Shown: positions 48,942-59,950, counted from the whole stretch's first letter. The stretch: DNA of 63,887 bases, filler included, from Olpidium bornovanus S191 (GCA_017911155.1; 32 parts of 32 records of this genome joined end to end with filler, not necessarily neighbours in it); one strand, 5' to 3'. Made by a program: numbers and translations. Notes: generated from the sequence alone by a model not told the origin.

Positions 48942-49113
48942 CGCGGTACAGAACATCGCCTCTCCCACCTCGTTCCGAGTGCCGTGCAGGACGGCGAGCA
49001 CGACACCCTGGTTCACAAAATCCTGGACGCGGTACAGAACATCGCCTCTCCCACCTCGTTCCGAGTGCCGTGCAGGACGGCGAGCACGACACCCTGGTTC
49101 ACAAAATCCTGGA
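48942..49113 (+). repeat. Perfect 86-bp tandem duplication including a putative splice acceptor
   Basis: cgcggtacagaacatcgcc...cacaaaatcctgga occurs at 48942-49027 and 49028-49113. Confidence 0.92.
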
Positions 49114-49266
49114 ACCTTTTTGGAATGAAGAGCCCGGAAGCAATTGTCTAAAGTTTGGCGGTCGCCGGGGTCGCAGGCTCTCAAAAAAAAAATTTCTCGC
49201 TCTAGCGGCCATGCTCTCTTTCGCCAACATTAAGTCGTTTTTAACATTTAAAGGCGTGCGGCAGCG

Positions 49267-50604
49267 TCAGGCGGATATGCCGTAGGAACCCTTTTCGACC
49301 AGTATGCGGTAAAAGTCCGCGGCAAGATACAGTGACCCGCACAAGACAGCCGGCCCTGATGTCAACTCGGTCCTCGCGTTCTCGACGCACTCCATCGCTG
49401 ATGCGACACTCTGACACGCCACGCCTCGGGCGTTCGTTCTCAATACATAGTCAACGACCGTCTCCGGGGGCACGCATTTCACCCAAGGCATGGTCTCAGG
49501 CGTCGAGAAGGAGACCGCGGCGACAATATCTCCGCTTCGCACACCGAGGTTTGCGAGGATCTCGGAGACGTCCTTTCCTTGAGATATGCCCAAGATCCAG
49601 CGCACGTTTGGCGAGGTCTGGGTGCGGACAGTTGCGTCCAGGTAGCAGCCGAGGGCAGCCGCGGCGGGCGGGTTGTGGGCGCCATCGACAAGAATGGGGT
49701 CGGATATCGGAGATACAGGTGAAGGAATGAGGTCCAACCGACCGGGCCAACGTGCCCGGGACATCCCTTGAAGAATATGGGCGTCCGTCAACGAGCGGAA
49801 CCGGCCTTGATGACAACAGCGGAGGACCTGGAGCACGGCGACGGCCGTCGCGGCGTTTTCCAGCTGGACGTCGCCTCGTAGGCCGATGCGAAACCTAAAC
49901 TGCCGCGGGCACTGCCCGTCTTGCAAAATCTCCGTCTCCAGCATGCGTGAAAACGCAGGCCCCGAATCGCCGTTACCTTCTTCAGATACGGCCTTTGCCG
50001 GTTGGACGAGGAACGGCTCGGTGCCTGCGACGCTTCTTGCTTGACCGACCAGCTCGTCCAGCGCGTCGCGTTCCGGCTGCGGTCCAATCACAACCGGCGA
50101 CCCCGCCTTGAAAATCCCAGCCTTTTGCCTGGCGATCTCCCGTACAGTCGATCCCAGGAGCGCGGTGTGATCCAACCCGATGCTGGTGACGGCGGTGACC
50201 AGCGGCCTCGAGAACACGTTTGTCGCGTCTCCAAGGCCTCCCAGGCCGACCTCGACAACGGCCACGTCCAGCGTTCTCTCGGCGAAAAGGACGAACGCCG
50301 CGACGGTGGCGCGCTCGAACTCGGTCAGCTCCTGCGACGCGGCGCGCGCGCGCTGCAGGGCGGCCAACCAGGAGTCGGGGGACGGCGGCAGGTTGTCTTC
50401 CAGCAGGACGGAGTCGCGTTGTTCAAAAAGGTGCGGGGACACGTACCGCCCGACGCGCAAGCCCGCCGCGCGCAGGCAGGCGGCGACGAACGCGCACACG
50501 GAGCCCTTTCCGTTCGTCCCGGCGACGTGCACGGCCGGCACGGAGTCGTGCGGGTCACCCAGCCGCGCGAGCGCCGCCCTCACGCGGTGGACCTGCAGGT
50601 CCAT
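49267..50604 (-). CDS. FOL3: Dihydrofolate synthetase / folylpolyglutamate synthase (FolC/Fol3 family), intronless, complete
   Basis: MDLQVHRVRAALARLGDPHDSVPAVHVAGTNGKGSVCAF..GRYVSPHL..LTEFERAT..VEVGLGGLGDATNV..IGLDHTALLG..IARQKAGIFK..QLENAATA..WPGRLD..LVDGAHNP..CGSLYL. The start was set at the MDL Met rather than the longer ORF start at 50805. Confidence 0.92.
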   Translation of the reverse strand: MDLQVHRVRAALARLGDPHDSVPAVHVAGTNGKGSVCAFVAACLRAAGLRVGRYVSPHLFEQRDSVLLEDNLPPSPDSWLAALQRARAASQELTEFERATVAAFVLFAERTLDVAVVEVGLGGLGDATNVFSRPLVTAVTSIGLDHTALLGSTVREIARQKAGIFKAGSPVVIGPQPERDALDELVGQARSVAGTEPFLVQPAKAVSEEGNGDSGPAFSRMLETEILQDGQCPRQFRFRIGLRGDVQLENAATAVAVLQVLRCCHQGRFRSLTDAHILQGMSRARWPGRLDLIPSPVSPISDPILVDGAHNPPAAAALGCYLDATVRTQTSPNVRWILGISQGKDVSEILANLGVRSGDIVAAVSFSTPETMPWVKCVPPETVVDYVLRTNARGVACQSVASAMECVENARTELTSGPAVLCGSLYLAADFYRILVEKGSYGISA

Positions 50605-51085
50605 GCCGCGGCGGACGGGAGGAGCGGCGGGAAAATGGTTGCCGGCAGGCCTTGACGACGTTGGAACAACAAAGTGGCTCCCAATCAAAATCCTGACGGG
50701 CGCGTGTCTTGCGCCCGCACGGGAAAATTCCGCGCAATCGGTTTTGTCCCCCGGGCGTGCATGCAATTTGCGCGGGGTGCTTGATGTCTTAAAATCCCGT
50801 GTCAAGTTTCCGCCCCGTCCCGTCCCGGCCGGCCGAACCGGCCCGCAAGGAAAAGTCCGCCTTCACGTCGGCAACTGGCGAGGCGGAACCGGGGCTGCTG
50901 TGTCATAACGCCGGTTTGAGTGTGTGTTTCCTTGCTTTCCAACCTGGGCGAGCTTCGGCCCGCGTGTATCCAGACGGCGCCGGCTCACCAGCTCGCTCCG
51001 GCCCGGTGTTCCGCCGTTCCGCTGTTTCCGCGACGGGCATTTGACGTTGCCTTCCCGCGTTCCGTACAGAACGTCAGCTGCGACG

Positions 51086-52268
51086 ATGGGCATCACAGAG
51101 AAGATAGCGGATATAGAGCGGGAGATCAGCAGGACCCAGAAGAACAAGGGTGCGCCTTTTTTTTTGCCGCGGCGGGTGTTCGCTGCGAAACTAAGTTTCG
51201 GTTCTTGCGCGCTCCGTCCGTGCGCAAACAGCCACGGAGTACCACTTGGGTTTGCTGAAGGCCAAGTTGGCCAAGTACCGCGTGCAGCTGCTGGAGCCGA
51301 CCGGGAAAGGTGGCGCAAAGGTATGTGCCCGTGTGCCCCATGGCGCCACGGCCAGTCAATGGCCCTTTGCCCAGTGCTCCACATTCCGACAGTTAAATCC
51401 TCGAAATCGCAGGGTGATGGCTTCGATGTAATGAAATCCGGTGTGTGTCGGGCAGAGCTTTCCTTGGCGATCACTATTTTTGCGATTACGGGACGTTGAA
51501 CAGTGGAAAGTCGCATTCGGGTAGGCGATGCGCGCGTCGCGCTGATAGGTTTCCCGTCCGTGGGCAAGTCGACCCTCCTGAACAAGCTCACGAACACGCA
51601 TTCCGAGGCAGCTTCGTACGAATTCACGACTCTGACGTGCGTTCCTGGAAAGGTGCGTTGCGTCAAAGGTCGAGACGATCGCCACGGTGCTTCTCCGCGG
51701 GGTTCAATTCCGAACAATGCACACTAACCATGGCCGGGTGGCGGTCCTTGTGGTCAGATTCAATACAATGGAGCGCAGATACAGCTGTTGGACTTACCGG
51801 GAATTATTGAAGGAGCGGCGCAAGGTGGGGAACAGCTGAGGCCATCAGTAACCACGACTGAACAGCCCGCCCCGAAAGCACTGACTCCGCCGTCGACCGT
51901 CAGGGAAGGGCAGAGGTCGGCAAGTCATCGCAGTCGCACGCACGGCAGACCTGGTACTGATGATGCTTGACGCCACAAAGTCGCACCAGCAGCGGTATTT
52001 GCTGGAAAGGGAAATGGAAGCGATGGGCATCAGGTTAAACAAGAAGAAGCCAAACATCTATTTCAAAGTACGGCGACGTGAGCGGCCTACACCACAGGCC
52101 AGCCTGGCCGCGGGACGGGCGTCTTTCGGGGTTAAGACTAGATCTTGCAGCCGTCTGACGCGCGTCGCCTCTCCCTGGCTTAGGTGAAAAAGGGCGGAGG
52201 CATAACGTTCAATGCGACTGTTAAGCTGTCGCACCTGAACGAGAAAATGGCTTACCACATCCTCCATG
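51086..52268 (+). CDS. RBG2: Developmentally regulated GTP-binding protein DRG2/Rbg2, multi-exon, 3'-truncated
   Basis: [21 protein letters not shown]|[23 protein letters not shown]..|[10 protein letters not shown]|[32 protein letters not shown]|[23 protein letters not shown]|[16 protein letters not shown]. Confidence 0.95.
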
Positions 52269-52487
52269 NNNNNNNNNNNNNNNNNNNNNNNNNNNNNNNN
52301 NNNNNNNNNNNNTTAATTAATTAANNNNNNNNNNNNNNNNNNNNNNNNNNNNNNNNNNNNNNNNNNNNCATGCCACAAATACGTCCAACTGACACAACAT
52401 ACAACCAACAGGCATTTGGTTTCGGCCGACCAGAAACACTATTAGCCGCAGGGTTCCACCCAACGGGGGTTACAGCGAAAGAGCACT

Positions 52488-53058
52488 TCACCGGCTCTTG
52501 GCCTGAATCTGGGGCTTGGCACCCTTGGCCTGCTGCTTGCTAATCTTCGCGCCCTTGCTCCGCCCGACGTCCTTCGCCTAGCGAGGACCGGAGAAACAAG
52601 CGAGCAACACGTTGAGATGCCAGGGGAACACTTTCGGGGCTGCAGGTGCGGCGGACAAAAAAAAAACGACCAATTTCACCTTCTTCTCGACCCTCTTCTT
52701 CTCCTCGGCAGCTTTCTTCGTCTCCTTGGCGGCGCGGATGGCGGCGTCGCGTGCGGCGGCGCGGACCTCGGGCTTCTGGGCGCGCTTGGCACGGATGGCT
52801 TCCCAGGATGCGCCGACGACAGCGCGCTGGTGCTTGACGGTCTTGCGGGAGCGCTTCTTGACCGTCTCCTCGGTGATGCCCTTCTTGTGCATGCGGCGGA
52901 AAACGACGGTCCAGTGGATCTTCCGCGGGTTCTTGCGCTGGTGGAACAGCGACTCGACTTTGCCGTTCAAGAACTTGAACGTCCGGTTGTCGGACCGGAT
53001 GAAGGTCTTTCCATGACCGGGGTAGATCTTGTACCCGGAAAACGAGCAGATTTCCAAC
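52488..53058 (-). CDS. RPL24: 60S ribosomal protein L24 (eL24); exons 53058-52680 and 52577-52488; start exon not located
   Basis: [96 protein letters not shown]..|[29 protein letters not shown]. Confidence 0.95.
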
Positions 53059-53451
53059 CTGGCCAAAGTTCGGAAAACCACCGGAGGACAAAGAAAAATT
53101 TGAGCAACAGAAACAAGGAAGGTCGTTTGATTTGCGCGGGACGCAGCAACCGTCTCCAAGCCCAAAGCTGCCCGCGCTTTTCGCGGACTCCGCAGTGAGG
53201 GTCTCGGGCGGCGTCCGCAAACAAGAGTCAGAGACGCCTTGCCCGGCCAAGTCCACAGCCTTAAAACCAGACCGCGCCGGCGCCACGCCTTCGGACGGGA
53301 GACGCGCGGATCCGGGAGCGGCGGCGCGGCTTGTTGCAGCGGACTCGCCGCCGCGCGACTTTCCGTGGGAGCCCCAACTCCGACAACCAAAGTTTCCGTT
53401 CCGTTCTCGACGCGCCCGCGGAGAACATGCACGGAGGCAGGGGGTGGGGGT

Positions 53452-53482
<31 letters not shown>

Positions 53483-53484
53483 CG

Positions 53485-53519
<35 letters not shown>

Positions 53520-53619
53520 NNNNNNNNNNNNNNNNNNNNNNNNNNNNNNNNNNNNNNNNNNNNTTAATTAATTAANNNNNNNNNNNNNNNNNNNNNNNNN
53601 NNNNNNNNNNNNNNNNNNN

Positions 53620-55315
53620 GGGACATAGGGTGGAAGGGGGCACACGGGGAGAAAGGGGATGACCAAACCGTTTACCTCCCGTGAAGTAGGAGATGCGCCG
53701 CGGACAAAAATCCAACCTCCCGCGGATGACGCGCGCGACATTCCTTCGTATTTTCGTCCCTGCATGACGAATTCTTGAAACTTGCGCATGACGGGCACGC
53801 GGTCTGCGAACGGGAATTGAACCTTTATAGATGCATCCACAATGCAGTATTCTACATGGCCGAAAGGCGACAGACCGGCATTCACAGCCAAAAATTGATG
53901 ACTCTTCGGTTTGTCTACCCCGTTGAACGGGCGCGGTCTCCAGGGAAACTGACGCCGACGGACCTGAGAAGTCACCGCGATTCCAAGCACGTTCGTCCAC
54001 GGGATAGACCCACTCCGCAATGTCAATTCCGAGCTCGTCCGCCAACAGCCTCAGGACGCTCGTTTTTCCTGACCCGGCCGGACCCTCCAAAACCAAAAAT
54101 TTTCTACGCTGCGTTTGTTTTTCGTTGGTGTTAATTACCACGGAGGCGCGGAGGATGAGGGTGAAAGCAGGGAGTAATCTCTTTTGGAATTTGACGAGAT
54201 TCGACAACCGACCGGGGAAAAGTTTCCCCCTCCAAAAAATTACTGGCTCACCGTACGACAAATCTCGCCGAAGGCAGATATCGCGTGGACGAGCCAAGTT
54301 CGGACCTGTCGAATTTTGTTCTCGTGGATCGCGCAGTCCGCCTGAAATGAAACAAATCGCCGCGGGGGTCAACTTCCGAGGCGACGAAAGCGAGACAAGG
54401 ACGACTCTCAAAAGCATACCTGACTCTTGGGGGCATACCTGTCAATCCACAAAAGTGCCGGACGCGCCTGGGAGACAAAACTCGGTTAACGTTTATCCCC
54501 CAAGGCCTCGCCAAAATTCCCCTCCCCCATGAATGTCGAAATCGCGCCACGCAAGGAGAAAAAGGTGTTTTCGCCGTTCGCGTCCAGCGCAGTATGCTGA
54601 ACCACAGCCTGTGCTTATTCCGCGATATGCCGCGGGCGGCATATGCGGAAGGGGCTGCTGCTCCGCCTGCCGCCGCTTGTTTGAAGTTGAACTTCCACTT
54701 TTTTTTTGAGGATCGCGGCAAAAAGAGATAAAAAAAAAACATCCTCCGTCAGGGCGGCGCGAGTTCAAATAGGTTGCCGCGGGAGGTTTGCGGCCCAGTT
54801 CAGCCGATTGTTTTTGGTTTTCGCGCGCGCTACCTTGCGGGCGGTTGTCCGCGGCGCGGACCGCCTCAGTCCGTCGAAGAGAGAATCCGCGCGTCCCTCC
54901 AAGCGCGCGCTTCTCCGCCGCGGCTTCCCTTCGCCGTCGGGATTGCTGCACTTCGGCGGGAGACACCCCCGCGCGCCGGGAAAGTCTTTTTCGACGGCAG
55001 CGGCGGCGCCCTCCGGCCGGCGCTGCTCGTGCGTGGCGCCGCCGCCGCCGCCGCCGCCGTCTTCCTCGTCGTCGTCGTCGTCTTCTAGGACGACCTTGCG
55101 AGAGGCGGCGCGCCTGCGGCGGGACTTGTGCCTCGGGAGGACCAGCTCCAGATCGGAAGCTGCCTCTCCAGCCGCAAGCGCGCTCTGGAGCTGGTCCGGC
55201 ATTCGAGAGACTCGACCGTCGACGGTTGCGCTTGCAGGCGCCGCCACACGCGGCGTCGGTGTTTCTTGCCAAAAAGGAGTGCGCCAGCGGACGGCCGCGG
55301 AGGCCGCCAAAAAAA
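53620..55315 (-). CDS. RAD17: Checkpoint clamp loader Rad17/Rad24, partial, multi-exon
   Basis: RKFLVLEGPAGSGKTSVLRLLADELGIDIAEWVYP (Walker A in Rad17 context L.GP.G.GK.....LA.ELG....EW.NP) and downstream RKFQEFVMQGRKY; low-complexity N-terminus. Confidence 0.75.
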
Positions 55316-55415
55316 NNNNNNNNNNNNNNNNNNNNNNNNNNNNNNNNNNNNNNNNNNNNTTAATTAATTAANNNNNNNNNNNNNNNNNNNNNNNNNNNNN
55401 NNNNNNNNNNNNNNN

Positions 55416-55537
55416 AGGAAGCCGATGAGGCCGGGAGCCTTCTGCACAACGTCGTGCGTGGCAAAATTCTTCTTCGCCCCGAAACCGACGTTGTAGCCGG
55501 TCTCAGCAATGCTCCTGAGCAGCCCCTCCCTATTCAT
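55416..55537 (-). CDS. SLATT-family two-transmembrane CBASS effector, N-terminus only (bacterial)
   Basis: MNREGLLRSIAETGYNVGFGAKKNFATHDVVQKAPGLIGF resembles the SLATT N-terminal LL..IA.T.YNV.F.AKKHFA..DI..K.P..IG motif. Its ATG (55537-55535) overlaps the cyclase stop (55532-55530) by 8 nt. Confidence 0.75.
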
Positions 55538-56640
55538 CCTCGTCCTCTTGGTTCGCGCTGATAGGGACGTGGATGCGGTCGGTCGCCACGACTACATCGT
55601 TAATGAGGGCATAGCACTCAACAACGTGGTCGCCCTTGAATTTCGTATGCTCCACGTTCCTCTTGTATCCCTCGTCGGCGACTATCTGGCCCCGGATGCA
55701 GTCACGGTTGATAGCCTCCTGCCCCCGATTGAGCACTTTCCAGAACAGACCGTAGGAGCCGGGGATGTCCGTCTCGACTACGGAGAAGGTGAGCTTCTTA
55801 CGCGGCATTAACAGGGTGCGATTGCTCAGCATCTCCCGCAGGGAAGCGGGTCGAAATCCGTTCTGTTCGACCTGGCAGTCGATACGGATGTTGTTACGAA
55901 TGTCGATGGTGGCGAATACATCCTCGGGGAACTCCTCCGTCATGCGGACAGCATGGCCCGCGCGGTCGGTCAGCGCCGCCTTCTCCACCTTCTCGGCAGC
56001 GGGGAACAGCCGTCCGTATACCGCGCGCCACTTGTCGTTCTGGTTGTCCTTGCCCTCGGCCTCGATTGCCTTAAGGCAAAGCTCGTGGGCCTTCTTCGCC
56101 TTGCGCTGGAAATTCTTTTTCACCTTCACCCGCTGGCCGCTCCCCAGCGCAGCAAAGTAGTCCTGCTTGGGCAAGTCCTTGAGATAGGCGAAGAAATCGC
56201 GGCTCATCCAGTCATAATAAAGATAGCTCTTGTCGTCATACTCGCTGGTTGATTTTAGGAAGTTGTGCGCAAGGGTGTCGATCAGGAGGCCGCCGATCCC
56301 CACTCCGTGCTTGTTCTTCCAAGCCCGCGCCATCTTGCAGAGCCGCCGGAGGTTGTTGTTCTTCTCCGCCACAAATTCCGACATAGCCTGTATCTCGTCA
56401 CGGGGCTTGGTGATCTTCCAAGACCCGCCGTTGTAGGTGTCGGGATATTTGAAGCTGCCGTCATCCTGCTCGAATACGGGCTGAGCCTCCACGGTAAAAT
56501 TGGAATAGACGGCCTGAACAACAAGCCGATCCACCCTGACGGTCGTCTTGGGGTAGCGCGCGCGGATGGCGGCGGCGGCGTCGGACAACAGCTTGGACTG
56601 GCCGCCGTCTTTGTAGTTATCCCACTCACCCTTCGGCATG
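55530..56640 (-). CDS. cGAS/DncV-like nucleotidyltransferase (CD-NTase/SMODS) fused to a C-terminal AGS-C domain, 5'-truncated (bacterial CBASS cyclase)
   Basis: Intronless 369 aa: WDNYKDGGQSKLL..IRARYPKTTVRVDRLVVQAVYSNFTVEAQPVFEQDDGSFKYPDTYNGGSWKITKPRDE..NLRRLCKMARAWKNKHGVGIGGLLIDTL..WRAVYGRLFP (SMODS fold), then TEEF..LREML..KKLTF..FWKVLNRGQEAINRDCIRGQIV..EHTKFKGDHVVECYALINDVVVATDRIHVPI (AGS-C). The GS/DxD N-terminus is cut off by the contig end. Confidence 0.9.
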
Positions 56641-57313
56641 NNNNNNNNNNNNNNNNNNNNNNNNNNNNNNNNNNNNNNNNNNNNTTAATTAATTAANNNN
56701 NNNNNNNNNNNNNNNNNNNNNNNNNNNNNNNNNNNNNNNNAACATGCTCTGGCAGTGCCAAGTCAGTGCCTGAAAGTGAAACATTTAAAAGGTAGGCCGG
56801 ACGGCTGTACCGATGCGTGTGGCACGCCCAGTTTATTTTGTTGCTTTTGGGGTTCTTCGGCGGACGGTTCCGTTGGGGATTCTACCCCTTTTTATGTTGT
56901 GGCCGCGGGGGAAGGTTTTTGTTCGCTACGGTCTTCTAAAACTCCCAACCCTGATTTCCTTCGCGCCGGCCTTTGATTCTGACGCCGCGCGCGGCGGTGC
57001 TCATATCGATCTGCGCTAGCAGCGACCAATCCATCGCCAACAATGCGCCCTCTCTTGCGGCAGGCGCGGCCGCGTCTCGCACAGGCCACGACGCCGAAAA
57101 TTTGCTTGTGAAATGGGAGGAGGGGGGGGGGGGGCCATCGCGACGGCTTCCCTTTTCTCTTTTCGTTCTCCGGATCCGGTCCAGTAAATTCGACGGTCAT
57201 TCCGCCGCAGCCCGGTCGAAATATTTTTTGTTTTGGCTACTTCTTTGTAGAGAGTTTCAACCTTGCTTTATGGTCCTGCAGACTCTCCTGCTGACGACGT
57301 TCATTTTCCAGAA

Positions 57314-58224
57314 TCATCCGTTGTAGTTAAAAAAAAAACTCCCCGATTGATTCCAATGCCAGGCAAGCGACAGATTTCGCGGTAACATCAGCAAAAACTT
57401 TGCACAACGATCTCTGCCAAATGCTTCTCTGCCAATTCTGTCAAAATTACCTGAGGTATCCCAAACGCTTGAAAAAGTTTTAGTGTCTGAGTTCCAAAAC
57501 CCGCTTTTGTATCCAGCGTCGCCGTGGCCCTTGCATCGTTTTAATTTCTGCTCCGATGCCAATGCCCTGTGGCGTTCGCGGAGATAGACGAAAGATTTTC
57601 TCTCGTTTTGTCTTTCTCTGTTCTTGTGCTTTTAGCAACGAAACGGAGGACAAGATCTAGGTTGTAGTTAATTTTCTCCACATCAACTACACCAGTCAAA
57701 AAATCCGATCCTCCGAATTCGCGGCCTCCAACTCTCCGTTTTTCTCATCTTTCTTTGAGGTCCATCCTTTTGCGTCGTTCGTTCGCGCTTCTTTTGTCCG
57801 TGGGAACGGGTGCCGAAGGGTCCCTTGGCATCGACAGGCGCCAACACGAACAACCGTGACATCCATTTCAAGTCCTCGTTCTGTGTCGGTGACAGTTAAT
57901 ATCACTGTCCCGTTCTCCTGGCACCGTTGTTGGCAATTAAGGACATGGCTGTCCAAGAATGAAGCCGAGTCGCTTTGAACGTCGTGCATGGCTCGCAAAG
58001 CGGGGAATCTGGCTGGGCGGTGACGACATCTGTAAGTTTAGACAGTCTGAGGCTGTTGTGGGTCCCGAGATGCGCGAGTCGCCAATGCCAAATCGGGGGC
58101 TGTCATGAGGGCTTGGCTGTTGGACGCCAGTGGTGGCAGGTGCTCTTCCGAACCAGGAGCATCAAAATGGTACAGATTGCCGTGACGTGTTCCAGCCGTA
58201 ATGAGCTCAGATGTTGAGGCATCA
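57314..58224 (-). mobile_element. Degenerate Ty1/copia GAG-pre-integrase / integrase / SH3-like fragment
   Basis: AGTRHGNLYHFD; IWHWRLAHLG..LCEPCTTFKATRL (GAG-pre-integrase WH.RLGH..C..C...K); VDAKGPFGTRSHGQK (cf. HSDVCGP...S.GG); KNGELEAAN (cf. QNG.AER.N); GYKSGFWNSDTKTF (cf. GYRLWDP.TK). Confidence 0.75.
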
Positions 58225-58324
58225 NNNNNNNNNNNNNNNNNNNNNNNNNNNNNNNNNNNNNNNNNNNNTTAATTAATTAANNNNNNNNNNNNNNNNNNNN
58301 NNNNNNNNNNNNNNNNNNNNNNNN

Positions 58325-59363
58325 CATGTACTTGGAGATGGCGCGCGCGCCGGCGTTCCCTCCTACTTCTTCGTCGTGGCCAAGGGCGACCACAATGCCT
58401 CGGCGCGGGGAAGCGAAACCGGACTCGAGCAGCAGTTCGAGGGACTCGAAAATCGCGGTGAGCGGCAGCTTGTCGTCCGAAGTGCCGCGCCCCCACACGT
58501 ATCCCTCGGCAATTTTCCCCGAGAAAGGGTCGAAGCGCCACTCGTCGAGGGTGGAAGGATCGACCGGAACGACGTCGAGGTGGGCAGCAAGCATTATCGG
58601 CGGGAGGGAGGAGTCCGACCCTTTCATAAAATAGAGCAGGCTGAAATCCGCAACAACGTCTTTCGCGAAATGCTTGTGGACGAGCGGATAGCGTCGCTCT
58701 AGCTCGGCATGAAGGCCCTTGAATGCCGCCTCTCTCTTACGCAACTCCTGCGCTGGCAGGTCGCGACTAATGCTGACGGTGGGATATCTGCGAAATGCGT
58801 TCCGGCAAGGGGTTCGTAAAGCCAAACGAACGCCCGTGAACATGGGGGTCGATTGATGGAGTGGACGCGGCGTTTCTTAGAGGACGCGCGCAGGAGGTTC
58901 CGTCAAAAAAAAACGTTTCAAAATTGCGAGCCTTCGGCACCGACCTGACCAAGGCTCTCAAGGCTTCCGCCGCTCGGCGCTCGTAAGCTGCGCTGGACGC
59001 GTTTCTGGCTAGGCGGGTCCAGAAAACCTCGTCGAGGCGCGCGTCGCGGAGCGGCACCAAGGGCGGGCCTTGCGGGCACACCGCGGCCTGGTCGCGCTCC
59101 GGCGAAGCCTTTCCGCCGAGCAGCAACTTGTACGCGGCGGCAAGGCCGAGAAGCAGCAGGCCGCCGCGCTTCCAGGCCCCCCCCCTGCGGGAGGAGGAGG
59201 AGGAGGAGGAGGAGGATGGCGCGGGCGTTGGACCCTGCGGCTCGGCCGCGTCTCGGGCCTTCTCGAGGCCGTAATTGGACGAGCGCACGACCCAAGGGGC
59301 GGGCGCTCCGCGCGACGCGGCACGGCCATCCGGCCCGCCGACCAGGGCCGCTTTCTTGGACAT
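58325..59363 (-). CDS. CPS1: Vacuolar Gly-Xaa carboxypeptidase S (peptidase M20), 3'-truncated, one intron
   Basis: N-terminal membrane anchor GGLLLLGLAAAYKLLL; CPQ motif; |YPTVS..YPLVHK..LLYFMKGSDSSLPPIMLAAHLDVVPVDPSTLDEWRFDPFSGKIAEGYVWGRGTSDDK..VALGHDEEVGGNAGA. Confidence 0.92.
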
Positions 59364-59574
59364 CGCGGAACGCGCTGCTGGGAGGGAACGGGGGAGAGTT
59401 CGGTGCTTCCGAGGGAAGGGGGATAAGAACGCGTTGGCAGACGAGATAAGATGGAAGAAGGGTTTTTCTCTGTCGCCCGCCGGGCCTAGTGTGGCGTGCC
59501 GAAACCGCCGCTCGGTTTCTCTCGCTTTTCTGCCCCAGCAAAACGTTTTATTCAAGCGCCCGTGGGCTGGGAAG

Positions 59575-59584
59575 GTCACGTGAC
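59575..59584. promoter_or_regulatory. Palindromic GTCACGTGAC E-box (CLEAR/Cbf1-type bHLH site) about 210 bp upstream of CPS1
   Basis: Perfect 10-bp palindrome followed immediately by a second GTCACGT (59586-59592). Confidence 0.45.
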
Positions 59585-59950
59585 AGTCACGTCCGCTCTC
59601 CCTCTCCGCAGCAGCCCTTTTCGCGTTGCACAACCTCCCCATCTGTTACGTCAATATCATCTCGAATTCCCAAGCGTTCGTTCATGAATAAACTCGAACG
59701 AAGTCCGAAACCCCCCAATGACCGAAACAGCAGGTTATGAGCCCAACGCGGCTGCCCTGCCCCGCTCCCAATTGACCTGCCCCGAAGCCTGACGGAACGC
59801 GCGNNNNNNNNNNNNNNNNNNNNNNNNNNNNNNNNNNNNNNNNNNNNTTAATTAATTAANNNNNNNNNNNNNNNNNNNNNNNNNNNNNNNNNNNNNNNNN
59901 NNNAAAAAAAAAAAAAAAAAAAAAAGGAAAGAAAAAGAATCCGCCGAAAG

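Noticed and set aside
50180-50908. Long antisense or alternative-frame ORFs over FolC, GT8, CD-NTase, 59852-60880 and similar
   Set aside because: These are shadow ORFs expected in GC-rich coding DNA; the opposite frame carries the recognisable protein.
55416-56640. CBASS as a proven horizontally acquired fungal gene cluster
   Set aside because: No host sequence is on the same contig, there are no introns, and the genes overlap as in an operon. Bacterial origin is the simpler reading until linkage is shown.
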